This document shows, in pieces, positions 45,879-54,966 of a stretch of 58,313 nt of DNA. The DNA is from a virus (Duplodnaviria > Caudoviricetes). The notes under the pieces were generated by a model. It was not told the DNA's origin. It saw only the letters and a program-made list of their open reading frames with translations, and ran no database searches. Position 1 is the stretch's first letter. Each line of letters opens with the position of its first letter. The stretch spans positions 1 through 58,313 of IMG/VR virus record IMGVR_UViG_3300029893_000008. One strand, written 5' to 3'. A program made the position numbers and the translations under genes.

Positions 45879-46749
45879 AATCCTTATTTAGATATTCTTT
45901 ATACCATTCTGGAATACCTTTTGTAATTCCTTTATGTATTTTACCCCAAAAGTATTTAAAAAGCAAGTCCTTAATTGTTTCATTTTCCTCATTATAAACA
46001 TCTCTTGAAACTTCTTGCAATAACAGGGGAATATCTTTTGGTGTAAATGTTAACAAACCCAATTCTCTCAAGTGTTGAACAGCCTTTTCCCATCTTGCTT
46101 CTGTTCTAAATTGTTCTGCAATAATATTAACAACCTCTTTCTCTCCGCTTGCCCATTCTGTTTTGTGGACTTCTATAAATTCATCTCTAACCAGTTTTCC
46201 CATTGCTATATCGTTTGCTTGTGTAACTATATTGTAATTTTTTATAACAATGCCCTCTATTTGTCCACCCAAGATAGATTCTCCATCAAGGAATTTTCTC
46301 AATTCATCTATGCTATTTACTTCACCTTCAAAATAGAGGGGAACAGTTTCAAAATCTAATCGCTCAAATTCCATCTTTTTATCTATTGGAGATAAAAAAG
46401 TCCTATCTTCTAATTCAATGTCAAACCCAATAAAATTATGTTTTGGTGTTCTCTGATATTGCAATACATTATGTTTATTATTTGAAAGCACTTCCCCTCG
46501 ATATGTCCAATTTTCATTTAATTTATCTTTAATAGTAAGTATATAATCTATCGCTTTCCTAAATAACTTATCTCCCCCGTAAGCAGGGACAATAGCACCC
46601 CTACTCTTAAATATAATCTCATCTCCCGATTTTTTAAATGAAAACTGACTTCCATCTATTTTTTCTTCTACTATAATTTTTCCCTTTAACAAATCTTTCA
46701 TTAGAAAGTGGTCATATCGTACTACTTTTGGGTAACTTTTTATTTCCAT
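45862..46749 (-). CDS. ATP-dependent RNA ligase (Rnl2-like)
   Basis: Motif I EEKIDGSQF, YRGE, FIGFDI, EGIVIK and GKLV. Confidence 0.8.
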   Translation of the reverse strand: MEIKSYPKVVRYDHFLMKDLLKGKIIVEEKIDGSQFSFKKSGDEIIFKSRGAIVPAYGGDKLFRKAIDYILTIKDKLNENWTYRGEVLSNNKHNVLQYQRTPKHNFIGFDIELEDRTFLSPIDKKMEFERLDFETVPLYFEGEVNSIDELRKFLDGESILGGQIEGIVIKNYNIVTQANDIAMGKLVRDEFIEVHKTEWASGEKEVVNIIAEQFRTEARWEKAVQHLRELGLLTFTPKDIPLLLQEVSRDVYNEENETIKDLLFKYFWGKIHKGITKGIPEWYKEYLNKDYEKNE

Positions 46750-46768
46750 TTATAATACTCCAATCTAA

Positions 46769-47257
46769 TTACCTTCCTTCATTTAATTTTAACAAAAAAG
46801 TATTAAAAGACTTAAAAACTTCTTCTGTAATTTCTATATCTTCATCTGAAAATATGTCTAATATAAACCCTCTGCTTCCTGTATTAATAAATAAACAAAA
46901 ATATTTATCTTCTATTTTTCTCAACAAAATCCCATAAGTATCTTTTGAAATTTTACCCTGTAATAAAAAAATGAAATGCTTGCTTTTTACTATCTTTTTT
47001 CCTATTAAATAGTTTTCTAAATTTTTGTGTTTTTTTACTTCTTTTTCTAATAGATAATTAAGATAGTGTGGTAAAAGAATATTTTTTATATGCTCCAAAT
47101 CTTTTTTAAAATATTTTATAAGATACTCATTATAACCATGCTTTAAATAAAAATTATATCCAATGTCTTTTTTCTTTGGGATTGGGTAATATTTTTTTAT
47201 AAATTCATCCAATGTTATCATTTTAATCTCCCAAAATTTTGATAGTTTCTTTTCCAA
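46769..47257 (-). CDS. Hypothetical protein
   Basis: ORF in operon; the true start is probably the internal Met (MITL). Confidence 0.5.
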   Translation of the reverse strand: MEKKLSKFWEIKMITLDEFIKKYYPIPKKKDIGYNFYLKHGYNEYLIKYFKKDLEHIKNILLPHYLNYLLEKEVKKHKNLENYLIGKKIVKSKHFIFLLQGKISKDTYGILLRKIEDKYFCLFINTGSRGFILDIFSDEDIEITEEVFKSFNTFLLKLNEGR

Positions 47258-48572
47258 ATATATCTACTACTTTAATTGCAATTATACCACATTTTTCTTT
47301 TGGAAATCCCTTATTTGAAACGATGGATAATACTTTTTTCTTTTTATCTGAAAAAATAATATCATCATAAGTAAAAAATTCACCATTATAATTGTAATCT
47401 ATTCCCCAAAATTCTATATATTCAAAGGGGTTTTCTTCAAAATAACTCTTAATATAATCTATATCTTTTTTAGAAACATTTTCATTAATCTTTGGAATAA
47501 ATTTATCTATTTTTATAAAAACTAAATTATCTTTTGCTTCTATACTACATTCCAAATAATGATTTTCTAAAATAGTGTCTAATAAATCTTCATTAATATA
47601 TGTATCTATATTTGTAGTATATTGATACATTCTCTTTCTTGTAACTTTAAAAGATGATATACTAGAATCACTTCCAATCCATCTTCTTTTTAATTTCTGT
47701 GCAACGGCTAAAGTTGTACCACTCCCACAAAATAAATCAGCAACAATCATGCTGGGCGTGCTACACGCCTGAACAATTTTTTCAATTAACTCATAAGGTT
47801 TTTCAGTATCGTACAGTCTCTCAGTCATTGAGTTGAATTTTATGTCCCATACATCGCTAGGCACCTTACCTTTCGGCATCTCTTTGCCGACCTGATAGCC
47901 TTTTGTGTATCGCCATTTGGTCATTCCACTTTCATAAGGTATCAAAATTTCATCTGCAAAAAAGTGATGTGATTTTGACATCGAATACCAAAAAATCGTA
48001 TCGTGTTTTCGAGCGAAACGTTCCTTTCCTCTAGCGCCTTGGTCATATGACCAAATAATCTCATTTTGAAAGTTATCTTTCCCAAAGATTTCATCCATCA
48101 GCATCTTGACATAATGCCCGATATGCCAATCCAAATGGACAAAAATACTGTCTATTTCTTTCAATAACTTGTGCATTAAGAATAATCTTTCATACATAAA
48201 TTGTAAATATTCATCAACTTTAAACTTATCAATATAAGAATTTACTGAAACAACTTTATCTCCCATCTTTATCTTTTCATAGAATTTATTACCAGTATTA
48301 TAAGGGGGGTCTATATATATCAAATCAATATTATCAACATACTTTTTTAAATTAATCAAAACATCTCTATTCTCTGAAAAAAATAGAAAATTCAAATTTG
48401 AATCATTATCTTTTTTTCTTAAAATTTCATGTTTTTTTAATTTATTATTAGGTGAAAAGTCAAAATTTGTCTTATTTCCATAAATATCATATTTACCTTT
48501 CCAAACTAATTCACATTCTCTATTATATAAAGGATGAGGATTATCTCTATCATAAACATTCATAAAAATCAC
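47223..48572 (-). CDS. DNA methyltransferase, beta class (N6-adenine/N4-cytosine; Mod-like with extensions)
   Basis: LIYIDPPY, NEIIW.Y, HDTI.WY, DVW, EKP, DLFCGSGTT. Confidence 0.88.
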   Translation of the reverse strand: MIFMNVYDRDNPHPLYNRECELVWKGKYDIYGNKTNFDFSPNNKLKKHEILRKKDNDSNLNFLFFSENRDVLINLKKYVDNIDLIYIDPPYNTGNKFYEKIKMGDKVVSVNSYIDKFKVDEYLQFMYERLFLMHKLLKEIDSIFVHLDWHIGHYVKMLMDEIFGKDNFQNEIIWSYDQGARGKERFARKHDTIFWYSMSKSHHFFADEILIPYESGMTKWRYTKGYQVGKEMPKGKVPSDVWDIKFNSMTERLYDTEKPYELIEKIVQACSTPSMIVADLFCGSGTTLAVAQKLKRRWIGSDSSISSFKVTRKRMYQYTTNIDTYINEDLLDTILENHYLECSIEAKDNLVFIKIDKFIPKINENVSKKDIDYIKSYFEENPFEYIEFWGIDYNYNGEFFTYDDIIFSDKKKKVLSIVSNKGFPKEKCGIIAIKVVDIFGKETIKILGD

Positions 48573-48841
48573 CCTTTATAATCTTCCTTCAAGAAAGAAT
48601 AAAGTTTCTTTAAATCTTCTTTCGTGAAAATCATATCCCAAAATACATATTCTTTTCCAAATAAAATAGCCCAAATCAATTTAATCTTATCCTTTAATAA
48701 ATTATAAAAAATTTTTTGTTGATATGAAGAATCTAAATAATGAGATAAATAATATAATTTTGCAGGAGTATCTCTTTCTAATTTCAAAAGAGAACATCCA
48801 CAAGAACAAGATAATAAAATAGTATTTTTATCTTCTCCCAT
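48569..48841 (-). CDS. Hypothetical protein
   Basis: CSCGC motif; 90 aa. Confidence 0.55.
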   Translation of the reverse strand: MGEDKNTILLSCSCGCSLLKLERDTPAKLYYLSHYLDSSYQQKIFYNLLKDKIKLIWAILFGKEYVFWDMIFTKEDLKKLYSFLKEDYKG

Positions 48842-48853
48842 TTTATAATTTCC

Positions 48854-49042
48854 TTATTCTAAATTAGTCAATTCAATCAAAAAATTTCTTAATTCTGTAA
48901 TCAATTTTACAATTGTGTTTGCATCCAAATCCATTAAGGTTTCCTTACCTTCTTTATCTGTGAACCAGATACCAGAAGTCATTCTATCTATTCTGATTTT
49001 AATATTGCAATCTTCACTTTTACAAGAACATTTGACTGTCAT
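48854..49042 (-). CDS. Hypothetical protein
   Basis: 62 aa, GGAG RBS. Confidence 0.5.
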   Translation of the reverse strand: MTVKCSCKSEDCNIKIRIDRMTSGIWFTDKEGKETLMDLDANTIVKLITELRNFLIELTNLE

Positions 49043-49044
49043 TT

Positions 49045-49836
49045 TTAATCTCCATTATTGATTCTTTTCTGTGCCAATTCAAAATAATTCTGATTTATTT
49101 CAAATCCTATAAATTTTCTATTTAATAGTTTTGCAACTTTAACTGTAGTACCACTTCCTAGAAATGGGTCTAAAACTACATCATTTACATTACTCCAAGA
49201 TAAAATATGCTTTTCAACTAATTCTTCTGGAAATATGGCTGGGTGCTTATATGCAATTTTATCTTTTGTACTGCGCATATATCCAGTATTTATCCTCCAA
49301 ACATTATCTAAAATCCTGTATTCTTTTCCTTTTTCATATTTGAAAATAGAAGTATTTCCATTTTTCTTTCTATATGTACTGATTTCATTATTTTTTTTCT
49401 TCCATACAGTTTTTTGTCTTAGCAAATTTACTGTTCTGGGTTTTCCTTTACTTAAAACAAACATATACTCAAATTGCTGATAATACCTATTTCTAGGTGG
49501 AAAAGGATAAGAATTTTTATAATAAATCATTGTATCATGAACATTAAAACCTATTTCTTTAAAAAAAATACACTGTTTAAAAGAAGTCAAACTTTCAGAA
49601 CCATTTTTATCATAAGAATCACTAACTACCCAAACTAAAACACTACCCCTTTTTAATATTCTAAAAATTTCTTTTGCTATTTCTTCAAAATTAAAAGAAT
49701 AAAAACCATCATAATCTCTTAATCCGTCATAAGGGGGACTGGTTAAAACCATATCAATAGACTCATCATCTATTAACTTCATCCCTTCCAAACAATCCAT
49801 ATTATAAATCTTATTTATTTCTAATTTATTCATCAT
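49045..49836 (-). CDS. DNA methyltransferase, beta class (SPPY, likely N4-cytosine)
   Basis: MDCLEGM, TSPPY, NVW, HPAIFP, DPFLGSGTT, GFEI. Confidence 0.92.
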   Translation of the reverse strand: MMNKLEINKIYNMDCLEGMKLIDDESIDMVLTSPPYDGLRDYDGFYSFNFEEIAKEIFRILKRGSVLVWVVSDSYDKNGSESLTSFKQCIFFKEIGFNVHDTMIYYKNSYPFPPRNRYYQQFEYMFVLSKGKPRTVNLLRQKTVWKKKNNEISTYRKKNGNTSIFKYEKGKEYRILDNVWRINTGYMRSTKDKIAYKHPAIFPEELVEKHILSWSNVNDVVLDPFLGSGTTVKVAKLLNRKFIGFEINQNYFELAQKRINNGD

Positions 49837-49844
49837 TTTACCAC

Positions 49845-50345
49845 TTAAATATTTTTCTTAATATCCTTAATACTTACTTTAATTTCTTTATTACATACAG
49901 GGCAGTGAATTGATTCATTATAATTAGAAAATTTATTAATAATTTTTTGAAACCGCTCTTCTTCTGTAACATAAACAATTTCTCCACCCTTCTTACAAAG
50001 AACACCAATATTATCTAGCATATAAATAAAAAAATATAATTGCTCTTTCATATTAGGATTTTCTTCTATAAAAGCAAATACATTTTCATCTTTTTCTCTG
50101 TAAAAATCATTGTGTTCTTCTTCTAAATGAAAGTCTAACAAATGAATCAACTTATTTTTACACCTATATTTACAATAAGATTCATAAATCCTTTCAAAAG
50201 ATTCTTCTACTTTATCATCTAATACTAAATCTAATATACTTAAAGTTTCTACATCATCTGTAAAAATAGCATAAATTTTATCTTCTTGTGTGTTTTCAAA
50301 ATCTTCAAAATCAAAATTTATTTCTTCCATTTTATATAATCCCAT
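49845..50345 (-). CDS. Hypothetical acidic protein
   Basis: 166 aa; CPVC near the C-terminus. Confidence 0.5.
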   Translation of the reverse strand: MGLYKMEEINFDFEDFENTQEDKIYAIFTDDVETLSILDLVLDDKVEESFERIYESYCKYRCKNKLIHLLDFHLEEEHNDFYREKDENVFAFIEENPNMKEQLYFFIYMLDNIGVLCKKGGEIVYVTEEERFQKIINKFSNYNESIHCPVCNKEIKVSIKDIKKNI

Positions 50346-51126
50346 ACCATTCTATATAATCCCAATCTACAAATCTCTTTCTCATTACATTGATAGCATC
50401 TTCATTTGAATCAATCAAAATAAATTTATATTTTGTTGTACCACCTAAATCTAAACATGCCTGACCAGTAGTACCACTTCCAGCGAAGGCATCTAAAACT
50501 ACATCACCTTCTGGACAGGAAACCTTAATAATCCGTTTAATTATTTCAACTGGCTTTTGAGTAGGATAATTTACCCTTTCTTTTCCAGTAGTGTGAACAA
50601 TTGTATTCCACCAAACATCTGTATAAGTTTTACCACGCTCTCTTTTTTCTGGTGTAACTAAATTGGGTGCTAGATAAGGTAAACGCTCAACATTTTCATA
50701 ATTAAAATAATATTTTTTATTATTTTTTACATAGAACAAAATATTATCATGTTTTGCTGACCATTTCTTTTTACTCCTGCCCCCATAATCATACGCCCAA
50801 ATAATTTCATTCATAAAATTTTCAATTCCAAAAATTTCATCTATCATCACTTTGCAATAATGCACATATCTGTAATCAATGTGAAAATAGAAAGAACCTG
50901 TATCTTTTAAAATTCTATATAATTCTTCTACTCTTGCTCTCAAAAAATCAAGATATAAATCCAAACTTTGAAACTTATCCTTATAAGAATTTCCATGAAT
51001 TGATTGAATTTTACCTGTATTAAATGGGGGGTCTATATAAATTAAGTCAACAGATTCACTTTTTAGTGTTTTTAAAATGGAAAGATTTTCTCCAAAATAA
51101 ATATAATTCATTCTCTTCTTCTCCAT
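50332..51126 (-). CDS. DNA methyltransferase, beta class (DPPF)
   Basis: LIYIDPPF, NEIIW.Y, DVWW, YPTQKP, DAFAGSGTT. Confidence 0.92.
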   Translation of the reverse strand: MEKKRMNYIYFGENLSILKTLKSESVDLIYIDPPFNTGKIQSIHGNSYKDKFQSLDLYLDFLRARVEELYRILKDTGSFYFHIDYRYVHYCKVMIDEIFGIENFMNEIIWAYDYGGRSKKKWSAKHDNILFYVKNNKKYYFNYENVERLPYLAPNLVTPEKRERGKTYTDVWWNTIVHTTGKERVNYPTQKPVEIIKRIIKVSCPEGDVVLDAFAGSGTTGQACLDLGGTTKYKFILIDSNEDAINVMRKRFVDWDYIEWYGII

Positions 51127-51305
51127 ACTGCCCTTTTAATTGAACCATCATCCCGATATTCTACATCGTGCCACTTCTTTTTATTATAACTTATATCTAA
51201 ATTAGAAGTAAGAAATCCCATAATCAAAATAAGAAATAAGAAAAAAGAAACTCCACATCCTAAAATTGTAACTGTATCAAATAAAAATTGAGAAAAAGAA
51301 TACAT
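51108..51305 (-). CDS. Small membrane protein
   Basis: One TM helix; AAGGAG RBS; promoter at 51348-51376. Confidence 0.55.
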   Translation of the reverse strand: MYSFSQFLFDTVTILGCGVSFFLFLILIMGFLTSNLDISYNKKKWHDVEYRDDGSIKRAVWRRRE

Positions 51306-51379
51306 TTTAAATCTCCTTTTTTAGATTATAAAATAACTTACAATTAGATTATATCATAATTTTTATTGAATGTCAATAG

Positions 51380-51413
51380 AAAAAAGGTAGTTATTTTAGG
51401 TAACTACCTTTTT
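51380..51413 (-). terminator. Terminator after DUF2828 gene
   Basis: AAAAGGTAGTTA-loop-TAACTACCTTTT. Confidence 0.75.
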
Positions 51414-51448
51414 CGTATAATTTTAACTGCACTTATTAATATGTACAG

Positions 51449-52921
51449 TTAATTTTTTACAAAAATGTCTTTATATCGTTCAGAATTGATAATATTTTTT
51501 ACAATAATTTCTGGTGTATATGTTTCCTGATTGAGAAAGCATTTTACAACCATTGGATTATATCCAGAAATTATAGCAACACCTTCTTCCTGTGCTGTTA
51601 CAGGGACATTTTTATAAGAATTTACATTCCACCAAATAACATTGGGTTTTGTATAACCATACTCTTCAAAACTATTAAGAACATATTGGACAGAATTATT
51701 ATTATTATTATCATAGTACGAGTCAAATTGCATATCGGATATAATTAAAAGTGTTTTTGGTATTTCAGAATCAGGAATTTTGTTATGAACTGCATGACGC
51801 AACATCAATTGCAATGTTTTTGCAATATTGGTATTGTATCCCCAATTAGAAGAAATAACTTTATACAATTTCTCAAACAAGTCTAAATTTTCATCAAGAA
51901 CGACAAATTCAGGGTTTCCACTAAATGTAACAAAAATAGAATTAAATTTACCCTTATTTCTTTCTGCAAAATAAATAGAAAGTCCTACTGAAACAGATAA
52001 AGGTACTAGTTTAGGAAAATACATTGAACCAGAAACATCACATATAGTTAATATACTATATTCTTTTCCTTCAAAAGCATCTCTTAAGTTTTCCCATTGT
52101 GCTTTTAGTGCTTGATTTCCTAAATCATTTTTAAATTCATCTTTCAATAAATAATCTTTATTCCAGCGTTCAATTTTTTGCAAGATAGACAGGATAATTT
52201 CATTAGGGTAAATTGCTTTTGTATTAATTTTTACAATACCCTTTGAAACATTCTCTAAAAACTTGCTAAAAAATTCACTAGCATTTTTAGAAAATGCACT
52301 ACGATATTTTTTCATAGCCAAAGAGGGTACATGAGAAAAATTAATTTCATTCCATTGTTTTTTGCACATCTGCTGTTCTACAACAACAGGTGTTTTGGAT
52401 AAAATTAACTTTCGATATTGTTTTGGAGAAACTTTTAAAAACTTTATAATTTTTAAAAAGGCTTTGTGATTTTTCTTCTTTTCTCTTGGAAGCCATTTCA
52501 AGCATAAGCCATTCCCAGAATCAATACCGTCTTTGATAACTTGCAGGGCTACTTCTTCTAACGGGGTGTTAAATAAGGAATATAAATCATCCCATCTCCC
52601 AAATTCAGGAATAAATTTTACCAGATGAGAAATTTTTTGAGGATATTTCTGTGAAATATAATTAATTAAGAATCGAAAGACATTTCTTCTACCAGCACCT
52701 TCTAAAATATCACGAACATAGAATAAAAGTTTAATTGTATCATTTTCATTAAAAGTCCAAGACTTTTCAAAAAAATTAATTAATCTTTCTCTATCGCTAT
52801 CTGTATATAACTCTGCTAATGGTGCAAAGTAAAACAAATCTACCAGAGGATTATTAGTAGAAGCGTTTGTAATATCTCCATTTTCAGTTAATGCAAAATT
52901 ATTAAAAGTATTTTTGAACAT
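51449..52921 (-). CDS. DUF2828-family protein (Ro60/TROVE-like helical region plus vWA/MIDAS domain)
   Basis: TENG...ST, LF..RD...G.G.R, FGRWDDL, KWLPRE, VEQQMC...W, VPS.AM..Y..AF, MIDAS DVSGSM, WG.NT, ISDMQFD, WNV, SG. Confidence 0.85.
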   Translation of the reverse strand: MFKNTFNNFALTENGDITNASTNNPLVDLFYFAPLAELYTDSDRERLINFFEKSWTFNENDTIKLLFYVRDILEGAGRRNVFRFLINYISQKYPQKISHLVKFIPEFGRWDDLYSLFNTPLEEVALQVIKDGIDSGNGLCLKWLPREKKKNHKAFLKIIKFLKVSPKQYRKLILSKTPVVVEQQMCKKQWNEINFSHVPSLAMKKYRSAFSKNASEFFSKFLENVSKGIVKINTKAIYPNEIILSILQKIERWNKDYLLKDEFKNDLGNQALKAQWENLRDAFEGKEYSILTICDVSGSMYFPKLVPLSVSVGLSIYFAERNKGKFNSIFVTFSGNPEFVVLDENLDLFEKLYKVISSNWGYNTNIAKTLQLMLRHAVHNKIPDSEIPKTLLIISDMQFDSYYDNNNNNSVQYVLNSFEEYGYTKPNVIWWNVNSYKNVPVTAQEEGVAIISGYNPMVVKCFLNQETYTPEIIVKNIINSERYKDIFVKN

Positions 52922-52946
52922 TTTTTTTATCCTTTTTAAAAATATT

Positions 52947-53016
52947 CAGGCTTCCTTAATAAAAATTAGATTATATCATCTAAATCCTATTTTTTATTTT
53001 TTGCTGTTGGAAGCCT
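52947..53016 (-). ncRNA. Structured RNA unit 2 in the DUF2828 leader
   Basis: AGGCUUCC-AACAGCAAAA-linker-hairpin (UUAGAU-GAUAUA-AUCUAA)-GGAAGCCU-G. Confidence 0.6.
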
Positions 53017-53024
53017 TTTTTGAA

Positions 53025-53087
53025 CAGGTTACTATATTTATATCATTTTCAAAATAAATATTAGTAAAATTTTGCTGTAAGTAACCT
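53025..53087 (-). ncRNA. Structured RNA unit 1 in the DUF2828 leader
   Basis: AGGUUACU-UACAGCAAAA-linker-hairpin (AUAUUUAU...AUAAAUAU)-AGUAACCU-G; begins about 10 nt after the -10 box. Confidence 0.6.
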
Positions 53088-53096
53088 TACATTTCT

Positions 53097-53125
53097 ATTA
53101 TAGTATTATTTTTTACATTTGTCAA
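53097..53125 (-). promoter_or_regulatory. Perfect sigma70/sigmaA promoter driving the RNA units and DUF2828
   Basis: TTGACA-17 nt-TATAAT. Confidence 0.85.
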
Positions 53126-53164
53126 GTCCTTTCTGTTAGAATTATATTAGAAATTTATTAGAAA

Positions 53165-54484
53165 TTACGGATTCCAGCCATTCATTTGTGCAAGCATAAC
53201 CCAAAAGGCTTTGGCTATTCTAATTTTACCAGCACTGACACTTCCCAAATGTCCACCATCTACTTCTGTTGTATAGTGCGGACAAATGGCAGGAATGCTC
53301 AAACCGTCATCGGGATAATTTTCGCTTCTAGTCCCAAAAGTGTAAGGTACTCCATCCCTGTTATCGTAGCAAGGATTACCTTGTGGGTCATGGCTTAAAA
53401 TATCAGCAACATCAAATAAAACTTTATTGTTTTGAATTGCATATTCCCTCATTTGATTATTGAACTGTTCACTAATGGGTGTACCAATTCCTCTTGACAA
53501 AGAAGTAGTCCAATAAATTACTTTTTTATTGGGGTTATTAGATTCCCACTGTTCTAATTGATTAATATTTTGGAAATAATTCATAATCCAATTGTTACTA
53601 CCATCAACTTGTAAATAAGAAACTTGAAAAGATACAATGTCATATTGACCTTTTATCTCTTCTATCCTATTCAGAAAACAACCAAACATCTGATTAATGC
53701 TGTTTGTGCAATTTACACCTATATTATCCCAATACTGATAGGTTACATTATTTGAGGGATAAAAACCATTCCAATATAAAATAGCAGGGTCAACAGAGTA
53801 AGAGGGGACGCCCGTGTGATTCCACCTTTTACAATGATTTAAGGCATTATTATAAGGTACATTCATACAGTTAATTCCCTCATAAATATTACCACCCACA
53901 GATTGGTCAACAAAATAAAATCTAGTCTGAAAAGCAAGATTTAAATATTGTTGTGGAATTTGTTCAAACAAATCCACCGAATTATGATTAATAATAATTG
54001 GTAAATTTTGAGGTGGTGGGTTAGTAGGCGTAGAAATGGTGGGGGTAGATGTAAATTGAGGAAGTGGGGTTTCTGTTACCGTACTTATTGGTAAAAGTGT
54101 TTGGGTTACTGTTACGGTAAATGTTGGGGTGTTTGTAATTGTAGGGCTTAATGTTTGGGTTTGGGTTGGACTAGGTATTTCTGTTATATATGGAATGGTT
54201 TCTGTTACCATGCTTGTAGGCGTTATTTCACCATCACCATAAGCAAAACATTGTACTTTCCAAACAGTTTCATTATTGCTGTTATATGAATAAAATGATT
54301 GAACTATGTTACCATCACAAATCATTTCCCAATTAGCACTATTTTCAAGAGTAGAGGTTACGGGTGGGGGATAGGGATATTGGGCGTGAACATTGTAATT
54401 TGAACCTTTATCTAAATTACCAAAAGCAATTAATAAAAATAATGGAATAAAAAAACAAAAAATAAAAAATAGTATTTTTTTCAA
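53165..54484 (-). CDS. Secreted/membrane-anchored protein with Pro/Thr-rich linker and C-terminal globular (SGNH-like) domain
   Basis: N-terminal hydrophobic signal, long TPT/SPT linker, QSVG.N, FD.ADI.SH, D.GHL motifs; higher G+C than the flanks. Confidence 0.65.
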   Translation of the reverse strand: MKKILFFIFCFFIPLFLLIAFGNLDKGSNYNVHAQYPYPPPVTSTLENSANWEMICDGNIVQSFYSYNSNNETVWKVQCFAYGDGEITPTSMVTETIPYITEIPSPTQTQTLSPTITNTPTFTVTVTQTLLPISTVTETPLPQFTSTPTISTPTNPPPQNLPIIINHNSVDLFEQIPQQYLNLAFQTRFYFVDQSVGGNIYEGINCMNVPYNNALNHCKRWNHTGVPSYSVDPAILYWNGFYPSNNVTYQYWDNIGVNCTNSINQMFGCFLNRIEEIKGQYDIVSFQVSYLQVDGSNNWIMNYFQNINQLEQWESNNPNKKVIYWTTSLSRGIGTPISEQFNNQMREYAIQNNKVLFDVADILSHDPQGNPCYDNRDGVPYTFGTRSENYPDDGLSIPAICPHYTTEVDGGHLGSVSAGKIRIAKAFWVMLAQMNGWNP

Positions 54485-54753
54485 GATAAAATTCTCCTTT
54501 AAATAAGATATAGGGGAAACCCCCTATTTTTTTACCAGAAAAAAGATGTTTTGTCAAGCATTAAAAAAATATTTAACTTTTTATTAAATTTTCTATAACA
54601 AACCAGATACAAAACAAAATAAAAAACAAAAATAAATCTTTTTCCAATAAAATATAAATAAAAACTTGCTTATTATATACAAAAAAGGACAATACAAATT
54701 ACGATTAAAAAAATAATAAAAATAGTAAGTATTTTTTATCTATATTAACCATT

Positions 54754-54966
54754 TTATACATCTAAAAGCATTTTATTAATTTTTAAAATTTCACTATAAC
54801 TTTGAATAAAATCGTAAGTATTTCCCTTTCCGTTACACCTGATACATTTGACTTCTTTTTGATTAAAGATTTTACTATTTGAACGGTAGGCAGTGTTTTT
54901 GATTTTTCCCTTTCCATTACAAATAGGACAAGCATATTTGACTATGAAAAAATAATTATTTTTCAT
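54754..54966 (-). CDS. DnaJ-type zinc-finger protein
   Basis: CPICNGKG...CIRCNGKG. Confidence 0.6.
   Translation of the reverse strand: MKNNYFFIVKYACPICNGKGKIKNTAYRSNSKIFNQKEVKCIRCNGKGNTYDFIQSYSEILKINKMLLDV

Noticed and set aside
54574-54752. Hydrophobic reading frame with two in-frame TAA stops
   Set aside because: May be a decayed membrane-protein gene but cannot be distinguished from T-rich intergenic DNA.
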